Shown here one piece after another: positions 13,576-26,564 of a stretch of DNA of 64,000 nt; the stretch's first letter is position 1, and the number at the start of each line of letters is the position of its first letter. Both the position numbers and the translations under genes were made by a program. Source of the stretch: Octopus bimaculoides (lineage: Eukaryota); the NCBI RefSeq assembly GCF_001194135.2, contig NC_068983.1, positions 123,353,147-123,417,146 on the forward strand. The letters are read 5' to 3'. The notes below the pieces were generated by a model. The model had not been told where the DNA came from, did no database searches, and worked only from the letters and a program-made list of their open reading frames with translations.

Positions 13576-13720
13576 TTGTAGTCAGTGCCAGTGTCGCGTA
13601 ACTGGCACATAAAAAGAACCCTTTGAATGTTGGGTGAAATGCTGCCAAGCCAAGTGAAATTGTAGAGGAAAAAGAGAAGGAAGAAGTAAACAACTGGAAT
13701 CAGATAAGAACAGTTCTTAC

Positions 13721-13907
13721 ATCTTCGGTAAAATAACGAAGAGTAGCATTAGCAATAGCAAGACCATCGTGTGTGCTGGTGCCACGTCCAAGTTCATCCA
13801 GGATCACAAGAGATCGATTTGTAGCGGAATTCATTATTTCTGATGCTTCTTGTAGCTCCACCATAAATGTACTGCGGCCTCTGTAGATATCATCAGCAGC
13901 ACCCATC
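13721..13907 (-). CDS. MSH3: MSH3 coding exon 18 (MGAAD...STFMVEL...Walker [15 protein letters not shown])
   Basis: MutS signature and Walker B; 187 nt, phase 2-0. Confidence 0.98.
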
Positions 13908-14825
13908 CTAATATAATAATGGAAGACAATATTACTTAAAACATTAAGCAATTCTTCCCAACACCAACAAATACACACACACACATATACATATATATAT
14001 ATATATATATANNNNNNNNNNNNNNNNNNNNNNNNNNNNNNNNNNNNNNNNNNNNNNNNNNNNNNNNNNNNNNNNNNNNAAAACAAAAGAGTGGGGTGTA
14101 TTTTCATGCAGAAAAAGATATAGGCAAATTTGTTGTTGAAAATGCACCTAAATTTGAAAAACTTTTATTTGTTTAAAATAAATTTATTTACAAATATACT
14201 AAACTAGTTCCAATGAAATTTTTTGTTTATCAATGGTAAATATTTAGAATTATGAATTAGAAAAACATCTTTAAAAGTTTCAATGTTGACAAGTTTAAAT
14301 GTTCGTAACAAATTTAGAATTATGAATTAGAAAAACACATTCAAAAATTTCGATGCTCACAGGTTAAAATGTGCATCAATTTGTTTGAATGTACAAAGTT
14401 CATTAGTATTAGTAGTAATCGACAAGAAATGAATATAATCAGAGTTTCAGTCATACTGAGTAAGAGGAAGGAAAAACAAATCATCATCATCATCATCATC
14501 ATCGTTTAACGTCCGCTTTCCATGCTGGCATATAAATCTATATATACAAATACACACACACACATATATATATACGTACATAGATATAGCATATGAGAGG
14601 TATTGATGTCAAGAAGGTAACGCTAAGCTCCAGGTTCGATAATGATACAAATGTGGAGTCCAAAGTGGGTTGGCGTTAGGAAGGGCATCCAGCTGTAGAA
14701 ACTCTGCCAAATTAGATTGGAGCCTGGTGTTGCCATCCGGTTTCACCAGTCCTCAGTCAAATCGTCCAACCCATGCTAGCATGGAAAGCGGACGTTAAAC
14801 GATGATGATGATGATGATGATGATG

Positions 14826-15145
14826 TATTCCCAAGCGTTATACTAATACATCCATTTGTTGTTTACACCACCCGTCTTTGTCTGTTGTTTTTTTTGTAAA
14901 TTCTCCTATATATATATATATATATTATGATTCACCGTTGACTGAACACTATTCAATTTTTTTTCTCCGTGTTTTTCTCCTTGTCTCCGTATTCTTTCTG
15001 TTGAAGAGCGTAGCTCGAAACGTCAAAGACTTTCCGTATTCCCGAGCGTCATACTAATATATACTTTTGTTATTTACACCACCTGTCCTCGTCTGTTGTT
15101 ATTTTTTGTATATTCTCCCATATATATATATATACACATGACTAC
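14826..15145 (+). mobile_element. Penelope-like terminal repeat remnant
   Basis: gaagagcgtagctcgaaacgtc motif within partially tandem repeats; next to an N gap. Confidence 0.5.
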
Positions 15146-15650
15146 TNNNNNNNNNNNNNNNNNNNNNNNNNNNNNNNNNNNNNNNNNNNNNNNNNNNNNN
15201 NNNNNNNNNNNNNNNNNNNNNNNNNNNNNNNNNNNNNNNNNNNNNNNNNNNNNNNNNNNNNNNNNNNNNNNNNNNNNNNNNNNNNNNNNNNNNNNNNNNN
15301 NNNNNNNNNNNNNNNNNNNNNNNNNNNNNNNNNNNNNNNNNNNNNNNNNNNNNNNNNNNNNNNNNNNNNNNNNNNNNNNNNNNNNNNNNNNNNNNNNNNN
15401 NNNNNNNNNNNNNNNNNNNNNNNNNNNNNNNNNNNNNNNNNNNNNNNNNNNNNNNNNNNNNNNNNNNNNNNNNNNNNNNNNNNNNNNNNNNNNNNNNNNN
15501 NNNNNNNNNNNNNNNNNNNNNNNNNNNNNNNNNNNNNNNNNNNNNNNNNNNNNNNNNNNNNNNNNNNNNNNNNNNNNNNNNNNNNNNNNNNNNNNNNNNN
15601 NNNNNNNNNNNNNNNNNNNNNNNNNNNNNNNNNNNNNNNNNNNNNNNNNN

Positions 15651-15713
<63 letters not shown>

Positions 15714-15760
15714 TATAGATATATATAAAGATAAAACCGATGAACAATGTTCTTACTTAC

Positions 15761-15918
15761 CGTGTATAGATGGCATCAAATATACCAAGTGTTGCTGATT
15801 TGGCTGGCACATACGAACCTATCTGAGCCATGAGGACAATCAAGGCCACTTGTCGAATGTAGGAGCTCTTCCCACCCATATTAGGACCTGTTATCATCAT
15901 AACTCGATGTTTTGCAGC
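15761..15918 (-). CDS. MSH3: MSH3 coding exon 17 (Walker [11 protein letters not shown]...[10 protein letters not shown])
   Basis: Canonical MutS Walker A; 158 nt, phase 0-2. Confidence 0.98.
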
Positions 15919-16886
15919 CTGAAAAACAATACAGAACAAAATATATTTTTTATGGCAAAGGTTTGGAAATAATCTATACTGGATGATAATTTTTAATATT
16001 AACTGATACAAACATGAATTTGAAGTAGAAAAGAAAAAACAGGCTCAAAGTTTATATTTGAACCATATGTCTAAAACTTAAGTAGCACCCATGTAGAACA
16101 GCATTTCCATGGAACCTAGGGTTTAGCAAGAAATAAAGATAAAGAGGCAAGCAATATGCAAATGCATGTTTTAGTCATTTTTGTGTTTAATTGCAAAATG
16201 GGTCTTCTTTGGAAAACTTTTCACAATAATTTGACCAGAAATAAAGACGTTATAAGCATTTGAATAAATAAACTAATGTTTAAGCATTTTCTGTGCAATC
16301 ATTACAGCATAAGTAATAAACTAGTGTAGTAGCTTTTATGTTGGCATTCATTCTCTTCAATGTATTAAGATTTCATCAATTCCCCAAAATAAGATAATAA
16401 AATGACTACAGTAGGATTGTGGTAAAACATGAATATTTGACATTCTCAAGATGATTCTTTGCTCAAACAGAGATTATAATGACTACAATTACTAACAACA
16501 AAACAGCAACAAATATTTGATAAAAATGGAGTTGAGGCACTAAATTACATTAGAGCCTTCAAAATAATATCATTCCAATTAATACTCTCTATATATCACA
16601 AATGCTTTACATTTATATCATTAGCTACAATATACCATACAAGGTAGGTTCAAAATATTTAAACTTAAAAGTAACTTAAAGATATGAAAGTAAAATAGAA
16701 TATCAGTGATTGTGTTATAGATACATGATAAAACTTTCATTCAAAAATACATTAAAGAAAAAAAAAAACAAAGTGTTGAATGCAATAGTTTTTAAATAAC
16801 TAATATAAACTATACCATGATGCAAGTATTTTACTTTCAACACACAGGAGTTTTAAGCAAATTTCTGATCACATAAAGAAAGCATG

Positions 16887-16888
<2 letters not shown>

Positions 16889-16966
<78 letters not shown>
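16889..16966. repeat. (GT)n microsatellite
   Basis: Direct reading. Confidence 0.98.
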
Positions 16967-16968
<2 letters not shown>

Positions 16969-17212
16969 GATAGCTACAAAAATAGATTTGGAGTAATTTA
17001 TTCAAATAGTGTTTTTATAACCACAAGCAATTTCTTCAAGTGGTTCTTGATATAAAAAAGTGGATTCCAATCTCATTATTTGCTTAATATTATCAGCTGC
17101 TGATTGTCATTGAAGATGCTTGATCCCAAGTAATACCAATAACCCGTCTCTCACAACAAAACTTAGGGTAAAAACAAGCAAGTAAAAGATGAAGGAGACA
17201 ATATCTTCATAC

Positions 17213-17327
17213 ATTCAAATTGGTATCATTCGCAACATATTGCTGGTGTTCACTTAGTAACAAGTTCACTATGGGATTACAGCCATCTTCTATCATTATA
17301 CAGTTTTCGTTGTCAACCATTTGGGGC
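17213..17327 (-). CDS. MSH3: MSH3 coding exon 16 (PQMVD...IEDGCNPIV...YVANDTNLN)
   Basis: Start of the ATPase domain, YV.N.T.L motif; 115 nt, phase 2-0. Confidence 0.93.
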
Positions 17328-18779
17328 CTAAAAATGAGAGAGGTGAGTATTACATGAGAAATTAAATACTTTACAAAAGGAAACAGAATATTAGTCACAA
17401 TGTTATCATCAATGGTGATGACCTATAGCATTATACCAACCAACCAACCAACAGCGTCACCATAAAAATTATCATCACAAGCCAATAAGGGAGCCTCTGT
17501 GTGGTCACTTGACTTGCTAGAAGTAACAGCTAATCTCCTTCAAAACACACTCCATTGTCTGTTGTCCTAAATTTCTTGCACACAAAAAGATGGAGTGGTC
17601 ACGGCTGGAATGCCTTTGATAATAAATCTACTGGATCAGTGTTGAACCAGAAAATAAGAATGACTTTTAATGCTACATCCAATTATGACCACCACCAGTG
17701 TTTGACTGATATTCTAGCCAAGACCATTCTCACTTCTTTTCTAGTGTATTATATCTGAGATTATGATATCCAGTATAGTCATCCATTTTTAGAATGAAAT
17801 TTGGCTGTCGTTTACAACAGTGGCCTACATAAATACTGCTTCTTTTGCTCAAAGTTGACCTGGGCTAAACAACAATAATTATATTTCACAGCACTTAGCA
17901 CTTTGCTCTATCTACCCACTCCAATGCATCCCTCTGGAGATTACAGTAACCATCAAAAACTCAAAGTCAGCATTCTTTTTTAGTTCTTAGTTAATGAAGG
18001 AAGGGAAAAACTCATGACCCCTTTACAGGGCTTTGAGACTGGTGGTATCTGGTTTGAACCAGAAACCTGATGTGAATGCTTGCAACAAAGTATACTCTGC
18101 TAAAAACACTCAAGGACCACCCGAATGAGCTTTTGATTGCCTCTACTCCAATCTAGTAGGGCCTTAGATTTAATCATTAATAAAAGTCATAATCAGCTTC
18201 CCACCTTACCACAGTCAACCAGTACTTCTATTACAACCACAATCACTACCATTACTTCACCAGTAATCAACAACCAACCACTACCTTGCATTCAACCATA
18301 CCCATTACCTCCACAACTACCATTACTCTGTATTCAACCACCATTTCCAATCCCATCACTACATCACCACCAGTACTAACTACCACCTCCACTAAGAATT
18401 ATTACTCTGTATTCAAACATCACCACCACTACAACTTCTACTAGTACCTACATTATAACCAAAGACTCTATTAAGAATTTCTTTAGGCCAAAACTCTCCG
18501 ATAGTCTTGGTCAAGTAGATATTATGTCAAAGATATTCCAACCATGAACATCCTAACTTACTGTATTGTCTTTAAATTATATGATCCAATGGGTCCTTTT
18601 TAAGGAAGTAAGCTATGATTTGAAGACAGTTTGTCTGCTATATTAGCAAACAGAGATTTCACATTAACTCATTACAGAAAATATAGTTAGTGAGGTTGAG
18701 TATTAATAAGTCATTATCTCAAAAGAATTATCAATTAAAGATTCCTGGCAAGGGGGTCAAATAAAAGCTGGTAACTTAC

Positions 18780-18887
18780 CTCACATAATTATCTTGTTCT
18801 GCTACCTTAGCTAGAGAGAGGAGACAGTCGAATACAGCAAGATGTGACACTGCCTTGCGATAATTTTGGTATCTTTCTTGGAAGGAA
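18780..18887 (-). CDS. MSH3: MSH3 coding exon 15 (SFQERY...HLAVFDCLLSLAKVA..DNYV)
   Basis: LA..DC..SLAKVA motif; 108 nt, phase 2-2. Confidence 0.96.
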
Positions 18888-19299
18888 CTAATTTATAAAA
18901 AGTAAAAAATAATAATGATGGATTCAAATTTTGGCACAAGGCCAGCAATTTGGGATTATGGAGTAAATTGATTACATCGACCCGAGTGCTCAGCTGGTAC
19001 TTATTTTATTGAGACCAAAAGGAGGAAAGGCAAAGTTGACCATGGCAAGATTTGAATTCAGAATGCAAGGGCAGACGAATTGCTGCTAAGCAGTTTGTCC
19101 AGTGTGCTAATGATTCTGCCAGCTCATCACCTTAACAACAAAAGAAGAGGGGGTATTTTTGTTACACACAGACATCAGTTTTTTTTCTCACACCTGCATT
19201 TCAGAGGCAAATTAAATGGATTAACCTCCAACATGTTCAAATGTCCAATTTTTGTTGGAACAAAAAAATTCTGGCAAGAAAGTATTGTCAACAAAAAAT

Positions 19300-20080
19300 C
19301 TAAGTGAGGCTTAGAAAAGAAAATTCTATACTGGTATTTAAACCTAAAAGTACTTTTCGTAGTGTTCAAACAAGTTAATGAAGAATTGGATAGACTTGAA
19401 AAGCTTGGGGTTATTGAAAAACTGATTATGCTGAATGGGCATCCCCAATAGTTCATGTCATGAAAAAAAAATAATAAAATCTGGGTATGTGCTGATTTTT
19501 CAACAGGGTTAAATGAATGTTTGATGCCATATAATTACCTATTACCAAGTCCTGAAGAAATTTTCACAAAGCTGAATGGAGGAAAATTTCCTTCAAAGTT
19601 GGACAGATGAGGTATGTTCAAAATGATTAATGATAATTACCCATAAAGGATTGTATAAATTTACTCAACTTCCTTTTGTTATAAAAGTAGCACAGGCATT
19701 TTCCAACAAGTTATGGATACTATGCTTGCAAGCTTGAATTTCGCAATAACTTATCTTGACAACATACTCATAAAAAGTGAATCTCGTGGTCAGCATGTTG
19801 AGCATGTTAAAAAGGTCTTCAAAAAATTAAAAGGTTATGGGTTTAAGCTCAGTGAGGAAAAGTGTGATTTTTTTAATGCCAAGAATAGAATATCTAGGGC
19901 AGATTATCAATGAAAATGGATGTAGACCAGACCCATCAAGAGTGAGTGCAATAAAAAATATACCTCTCCTGACAAACATTACAATGTTACAAGCATTTCT
20001 GGAGCTTGCAAATTACTAACAGGTATACATACTGAATATGCATGATTTGAGAGCACCCCTGAATAACTTGTTAAAAAACG
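19300..20080 (+). mobile_element. Ty3/gypsy reverse transcriptase remnant
   Basis: WASPIV, CADFSTGLN, YLDNILI, EYLGQII, PDPSRVSAI translations with stops and frameshifts. Confidence 0.9.
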
Positions 20081-20737
20081 GCATTAAATATTATCTAACA
20101 TAGGTAGAATATCACAAATTATATCATTCCTAGTATTTGATTCGTACTTTAATTTATTGCTCACTCCATTTGAAGGATGAAAAGCAAAATTGACTGCTAT
20201 GGTATTTTAAACTCAGAGGTAAGGATACAGAACTAAACATTGCAAGGTATTGGAAGAATGGATTCTTCTTCCTTCCTGTAGTACATCAATTTATGCAACT
20301 ACTAAACTGTTAGCAGTTTCTGATGCCAATAATGTAGACCATCACTATTTTCTTCAGATTTTACTGTTTTCTTTGCGGACAGTAGTCCTGCACTTTACTG
20401 GCAAACACTAAAACATTCTCTCTTTGTTAGCAAGATTTATAAGTTTTTGGCAGTGAACTGACAGAATTGTTAGCATACTGGGTGACATGCTTAGTTGTAT
20501 TTTGTTTGTCTTTTCAAATTCTGTTGAGGTCAACTTTGCCTTTCATCCTTTCAAGGTCAATGAAAGAAGTATCAGCTGAGTGTTGGGGGTTAATGTAATC
20601 GGCTCAAATCTTCCTCCAAAAGTGTCGGCCTTGTACCAAAATTTGAAACTAGAATTATAAGTTTCTGGATTAGTAACCTCATCTTCAGAGATAAATCATT
20701 TTTAAACTATATGCATTTACACTGCATTTAAATAGTT

Positions 20738-20843
20738 GAGAGAGAGAGAGAGAGAGAGAGGGGAGAGAGAGAGAGAGAGAGAGAAAGAGNNNNNNNNNNN
20801 NNNNNNNNNNNNNNNNNNNNNNNNNNNNNNNNNNNNNNNNNNN

Positions 20844-20921
<78 letters not shown>
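20738..20921. repeat. (GA)n microsatellite spanning an N gap
   Basis: Direct reading. Confidence 0.95.
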
Positions 20922-20923
<2 letters not shown>

Positions 20924-20972
20924 AATTATGTTCTTTTCACAAAAATCTTCAGACATAAGTCATAAAACTTAC

Positions 20973-21089
20973 TTGAGAAACTCAATCCAAGAATCATTGC
21001 AGACAATCTCAAGTTGCTCTTTGTGTTGATTTAAAAGTTTACATTTTTCTTGAATGAAAGGTGAATGGAAACGAGAAACGGTTTTGGTA
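20973..21089 (-). CDS. MSH3: MSH3 coding exon 14 (TKTVSRFHSPF...WIEFL)
   Basis: TK.VSRFHSPF motif; 117 nt, phase 2-2. Confidence 0.96.
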
Positions 21090-21254
21090 CTGGAACAAGA
21101 GATGAAAATGAATAAATATAAGTGGGAGTAGTAAACTAGTGGCTGGATTAGTGCCTGGAAAGTTTGTGTTGTACCTGTACTAATCATCATAAGCATCAAA
21201 TCGAAACAAGCTCATGATGGGATCAACAATACATTATTTTTCAGGAGACAATAT

Positions 21255-21650
21255 TACTCTTTTACTCTTTTACTTGTTTCAGTCTTTTGACTGTGGCCAT
21301 GCTGGAGCACCGCCTTTAGTCGAGCAAATCGACCCTAGGACTTATTCTTTAGAAGCCTAGTACTTATTCTATCAGTCTCTATTGCCGAACCGCTAAGTTA
21401 CAGGGACATAAACACACCAGCATCGGTTGTCAAGCGATGTTAGGGGAACAAACACAGACACACAAACACATACATATATACATATACATATATACGACGG
21501 GCTTCTTTCAGTTTCTGTCTTCCAAATCCACTCACAAGGCTTTGGTCGGCCCGAGGCTATATTAAAGACACTTGCCCAAGGTGCCACGCAGTGGGACTGA
21601 ACCCGGGACCATGTGGTTGGTAAGCAAGCTACTTACCACACAGCTACTCC
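21255..21650 (-). mobile_element. tRNA-headed SINE (other copies about 34560-34935 plus, 51715-52110 minus)
   Basis: A/B-box-like head (tggctgtgtggtaag...gggttcagtccc), shared body, internal CA/TA microsatellite. Confidence 0.8.
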
Positions 21651-22002
21651 TACTGTTTACATGAATTGTTTCTTCCAACTTAACTATCTATATTTGCAAC
21701 ATAATTCATTATACGGAATGGCCATGGCTGGAAAGCAGTAACATACAGTGGTTCTTGAAAGTGAATATGAAGGGGATACTTGACTGTGTAAGTACATCAG
21801 TGTTGCAAATCTTGTGCAGCCATATAATATAATATACCTACTAGGAAAAGTCTGGAACTGGTAGAACATAAAATAAGCCACAATTTTTTTTAGGAAGTCA
21901 ATAAAAATAATTTTTCTTTTCCAGAATAATTAATTGATGGAGCTGTTAATTATAGCATTCAACAAACTAATGAGATATTGGAGAAAATAAATGACAGCCT
22001 AC

Positions 22003-22067
22003 CTGCTAATCTTAATCCATTCTGATGGAACTGTGTTCAACATATTGTTTTTGACTTCAATTTGGAA
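22003..22067 (-). CDS. MSH3: MSH3 coding exon 13 (FQIEVKN...VPSEWIKIS)
   Basis: Matches the F.IE.KN...P..W.K motif; 65 nt, phase 0-2. Confidence 0.93.
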
Positions 22068-22484
22068 CTAAAAGAAAAAAAAAAAAGAGGCAGAAAAACT
22101 GAAATTATAATTTAAAGTTTTACTCAAAAAATTCTGATCCTACATCTGGCAAATTTTGACCTTATAATTGATGCAAATTTGCAACAAGAATAAGATCTTC
22201 ATGCAAATTGCTGAAAGATGTCAGTCAGCAACAATTATTTTCAAAATTAATTTCACAAAGTGAATTTTTGTAAGATAGGGAGAAAGTAGCCATTGTTTGA
22301 ACTGAACCTAGAGTATTACTGGTAGTAGATGTTTTTAATACCAAAGGGATCAAAATCAAAGCCAATTCTGGTGGGATTTACACTCTGAACAAAGTGCAAG
22401 GAAATAAAGACACTGTACAGTATTTAATCTGGTGTCTAACCATTTCTACCAATGCTCAACAAGCTAACAAAGAAGCTTCTAGAC

Positions 22485-23566
22485 CAGTGGTTCTTAACCT
22501 GGTGGGAGAGGGTGCGAACCCTTAAGAAAAAGCAGGAAGTTCTCTAATATTTGTTATTCTCTTAATGAGAGCATTGTCAACTAATGAGAAGTTTATGGAA
22601 AAAATGCAAAAGCATCACCTTATACCTTTAGTTTTCTTATTCTATCTTAGTGCTGCTTACCATTTTCTGTACTTATTGACCCCCTCTCCTTCAATATTTC
22701 TAGATTTGCAGCAGAAGGCAGATCTCTATGACAAGTTCTAGTCTGAAGGCTTTCAGCTATCTCTAGTTTACCTGGTGGACATCTTCAAAGCATTGAATGC
22801 TCTTGACCTTAAACTACAAGGGAAAAACATAAACATTCTCAAGTACCACAACACCATTTGAACCTTCATGGCTAAACATGACCTTTGGAAATGTTGAATT
22901 CAGCAGGGAAATACACTCAGTTTTAGTTACTTGGATTCTGCTCTCGTTCATGGTAACCTTGATTCTGAGTTGAAGAAACAAATAATCACTCATCTAACTG
23001 ACTTGAAAACAGAATTCATCAGATACTTCCCAGATATAGATGAAAAGTGTGAAGCTTGGAAATTCACCATGAACCCATTTCAGTGTGAAGTGACTGTTTT
23101 GGATGAAGTGCAAGAGGAGTTTCTTGAGCTGAAGTTCAACTCCCCAGCTAAGGAAGACTTCAAAGAACTGGATCTTGAAATGTTCTGGATCAAGTACTTT
23201 CTAGTTTACCCTCTGATCTCACATCAGGCTCTTCGGATTTTAGCTATGTTTGGATACACATATCTTTGCATTTTCCACACTCGTTACTGTCAAAACCAAA
23301 TACAGAAACAGGCTGAATATTGAAAGGGGCTTACGTTGTGCACTCTCTGGCATTCAACCATGCATTCAAGATCTTGTAGCTAAGAAGCAGTGTCAAGAAT
23401 CTCACTAATAATGTGACTAATTCATATTCAATAAAAAGAATAAAAACATATTTTAGATCTTATTTAAAATCTGGGAGGAATTTTAGTTATAGATGCAAGA
23501 CGGGGGCATGAAGAAAAGAACAAATTCCTAGGGGAGGTGTGGTAATAAAAAGGTTAAAAACCACTG
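22485..23566 (+). mobile_element. hAT (Charlie/Buster-like) DNA transposon, internally deleted
   Basis: 16-bp TIRs (15/16 match), 8-bp TSD TTCTAGAC at 22477-22484 and 23567-23574, C-terminal transposase-like ORF 22931-23323. Confidence 0.92.
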
Positions 23567-24323
23567 TTCTAGACACTCTGTCTACAAGAAATAGCATCCA
23601 AATCTCCCTCAAATCTTATCCCACTGTCCTGAAAAAGAGAACCTTTTAAATAGTGTAGTCCAGTATGCTTCCCTAGTTGACCTGTGGCTAAACAACAACT
23701 TGATGCTGAATAAAAGGCAGTTGAAAACTCAGTGGACAGGACATACCATACCATCTTTTCTAGGTTTCCATCAAGCAAATACCGTTCATAAGGTATTAAC
23801 TCAAGGTCATGGTAGAAGTCCTTTGTCCAAGATGCTGCACAGTGGGATTGAATCCTGAACCATGTGGTAGCAAAGTGAACTTTTAAACCACAAAATCATG
23901 CCTGTTATACTTTGAAGAAATGTGTGTGCATGCACATGTGAGCCAAGTTTACTGACACAGCCTCTCCTACACTTTGATACCTTCTCATCTTCCAACAATT
24001 CACATATCTAACTGGTTTGAACATAAAATAGGTAGAATATTTGGGCCAGACATGGCTAGTCTAAATGCTAAAGGGTAAACACCACTACCTTGTACCTTGA
24101 GTGCCTTTATCAGAGTTCACTTTGGTGTGAGCCATCGTGCCAGGTCTCTGGTTTGAGTATACCTCAGTATATCTCCTTCCCTCTATCCTACTAGTCTTGA
24201 ATATGTCCATCACCCTTTTCAAGGTGATGGACAATCCAAAGGTGAGGGACACATCCCTTCTTCCTGAATAAAATATCAAGCAAAATTTATGAAAACAATT
24301 TCAAGACATACAGTTATACTAAC

Positions 24324-24492
24324 CTCAGTCCCAGAAACAGTGATATAGTTAAAGGAAGGCACTCTCAAAATTTTCCTGATCATACTGCGATGTTGGTCAA
24401 TTTCATTTCGTACTTCTTGAATCTTAGACTTTTGGTCTTTGATGGCAGGAAATTGGGAATCATCAACAAATAACTGGGTTTTGTCATTAGAC
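24324..24492 (-). CDS. MSH3: MSH3 coding exon 12 (SNDKTQLF...FPAI...TVSGTE)
   Basis: DKT.LF and YxTVSG.E clamp motifs; 169 nt, phase 2-0. Confidence 0.95.
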
Positions 24493-24789
24493 CTGAAAGA
24501 AACAAGCAACATGACAACTACTACTGCTACTACTATCACTTATTATTATTATTAAACCAGTGAGCTGGCAGAATTATGCTGGACAAAATGTTTTGCAGCA
24601 TTTCTTCTGGTTTTACATACTGGGTTCAAATTCTGCTGAGATCAACTTTGCTTTTCATCCTTTTGGGATCGACAGAATAAGTACCAGATGAACTCTGGGG
24701 CCAGTGTAATTGAGTATCCCCACACCCAAATTTCAGGCCTTGTGCCTATAATAGAAACAGCAGCAGCGCCACCGCTACTGCCATTTTCA

Positions 24790-25990
24790 CGAACTAGGAA
24801 AGTTGTCTAAACTTGGTCACAAAGAATTGCCCTCTTCTCATCATTGCAGAGTAGACTTGGTACTGAATCTTTCCTGGGTAGAATCAGCACAAGTGATGAA
24901 AAATGGGTTCATATCCAATGAAAACGGCAATGATTAACATCCAATGAAAAAGGAGAATCCATGCCCAAACAAGGACAACCCATAAAAAAGTGATGCCGTA
25001 TTTGGTAGAATATGTGCGTGAGAAGACCCGGCAAGCCAAGTGAGACCTAAATCCAAGGTCTCCGCCAGCCCACTTACGCGTACCTTCCTTCTTTGGACAC
25101 TAAATTCCGCTTGCGAAGACCTGTTGAGGCAAATGAAATCAGAATCGAAATCAAACTAAATTCGATGACTGGCACCCATGACAACATTGTCTCCTCCATT
25201 GGACACGAAACTCGGCTTGTGAAGACCTGTTGGGGCAAGCGAAAGCAAAATCGTGATGGCACCTGTGCCCAGCGTCGCCTTCCTGGCACTCGTGCCGGTG
25301 GCACGTGTGAAGACATTCGAGTGAGATCGTTGCCAGTGCCGCTGGACTGGCTCCTGTACAGGTGGCACGTAAAATACACCATTTTGAGCGTGGCCATTGC
25401 CAGTACTGTGTGACTGGCCCTCGTGCCGGTGACACGTAAATGCACCCACTACACTCTTGGAGTGGTTGGCATTAGGAAGGGCATCCAGCTGTAGAAACTC
25501 TGCCAAATCAGGTTGGAGCCTGGTGTAGCCATCTGGTTCACCAGTCCTCAGTCAAATCGTCCAACCCATGCCAGCATGGAAAGCAGATGTTAAACAATGA
25601 TGATGATGATGATGATGATGAAGGGTATTGCCTATCACGAAGTGTCAAAACAAAATGAATCAGTTAATGTGGAGAAATATTGTCATCAACTAGAAGCATT
25701 GCACAGAAACTTGCAGGAAAGCAATATTTGTCAATTGCAAAAGGGACATTCTTACACAATAATGAAAGACTACATATTGTCTAAGTGACTTTGGAAAAAA
25801 TCATGGCACTAAATATAAAAGTTTTACCTCATTCTCCTTACTTTCCTGATCTTGCTTCATCTCACTGTTATCTTTTCTGACCATTGCAACATTATTTGGT
25901 GGAAAAACAGTTTATCAATTGCGAAGAGATTATAAATGACAGTGAGTGTTTCTCTGCTTTGAAACCTGAAGAACTTTATGCCTGAGGGAC
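24790..25990 (+). mobile_element. mariner transposase remnant interrupted by a SINE (about 25010-25620)
   Basis: FLGRISTSDEKWVH and HSPYFPDLASS (cf. HPPYSPDLAPSD) translations on either side of the SINE. Confidence 0.85.
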
Positions 25991-26061
25991 CAACAATTTG
26001 GCAATTACACTAATAATAGTAATGCATAACATAACCTTGTTAATGCAAAGACGCAACTTAC

Positions 26062-26249
26062 TTGGCATGTTGCAGGCTGACCGAATCACTAAAGAATGCC
26101 ACATCAGACAGTAAGTCAGGAATCTCTTGTAGGATTGTCTGCAGTAACGGAGAAGCAATCTTGTCTGCAAACATATTCTTTTGAGTGTGGAATATACTAG
26201 CTATATTCTTCAATGAAAGACAAACTGTTGCAAATTCCAAGGGTGAGCA
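26062..26249 (-). CDS. MSH3: MSH3 coding exon 11 (CSPLEF...SPLLQTILQEIPDLL...QHA)
   Basis: Lever-domain similarity; 188 nt, phase 0-2. Confidence 0.93.
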
Positions 26250-26310
26250 CTGGAATAGAATGAAAAGTGTATATATACATTATACACACACACACACACA
26301 CATATATACA

Positions 26311-26529
26311 CAGTAATCCCTCGCCATATTACAGTTCACCTATCACAGCTTATTATCTAAGGTTATGTTGATTCTTCTGTGGTGTTGTTTTGCATTTATA
26401 ATAAAAAAAATATATACAAATTATAAAGATAATAAAAAAATATATAAAGTACAGTACTGTTTCTACTTCACAGATTTTCACCTATCGTGGGAGATTTTGG
26501 AATACAACACCCGCGATAGTTGAGGGATT

Positions 26530-26533
<4 letters not shown>
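26311..26533. mobile_element. Tc1/mariner-pogo type MITE
   Basis: TIRs CAGTAATCCCTC / GAGGGATTATTG next to TA-rich flanks. Confidence 0.7.

Positions 26534-26564
<31 letters not shown>

Noticed and set aside
14240-14380. Short local tandem duplications (also near 28855, 47950 and 54590-54840)
   Set aside because: Diverged two- or three-copy slippage duplications or parts of repeat families; no regular spacer structure and not CRISPR-like
25074-25506. Overlapping 90-120 aa ORFs in SINE bodies (also near 8365, 31124, 34267)
   Set aside because: They lie within a multi-copy non-coding repeat and have no protein motifs
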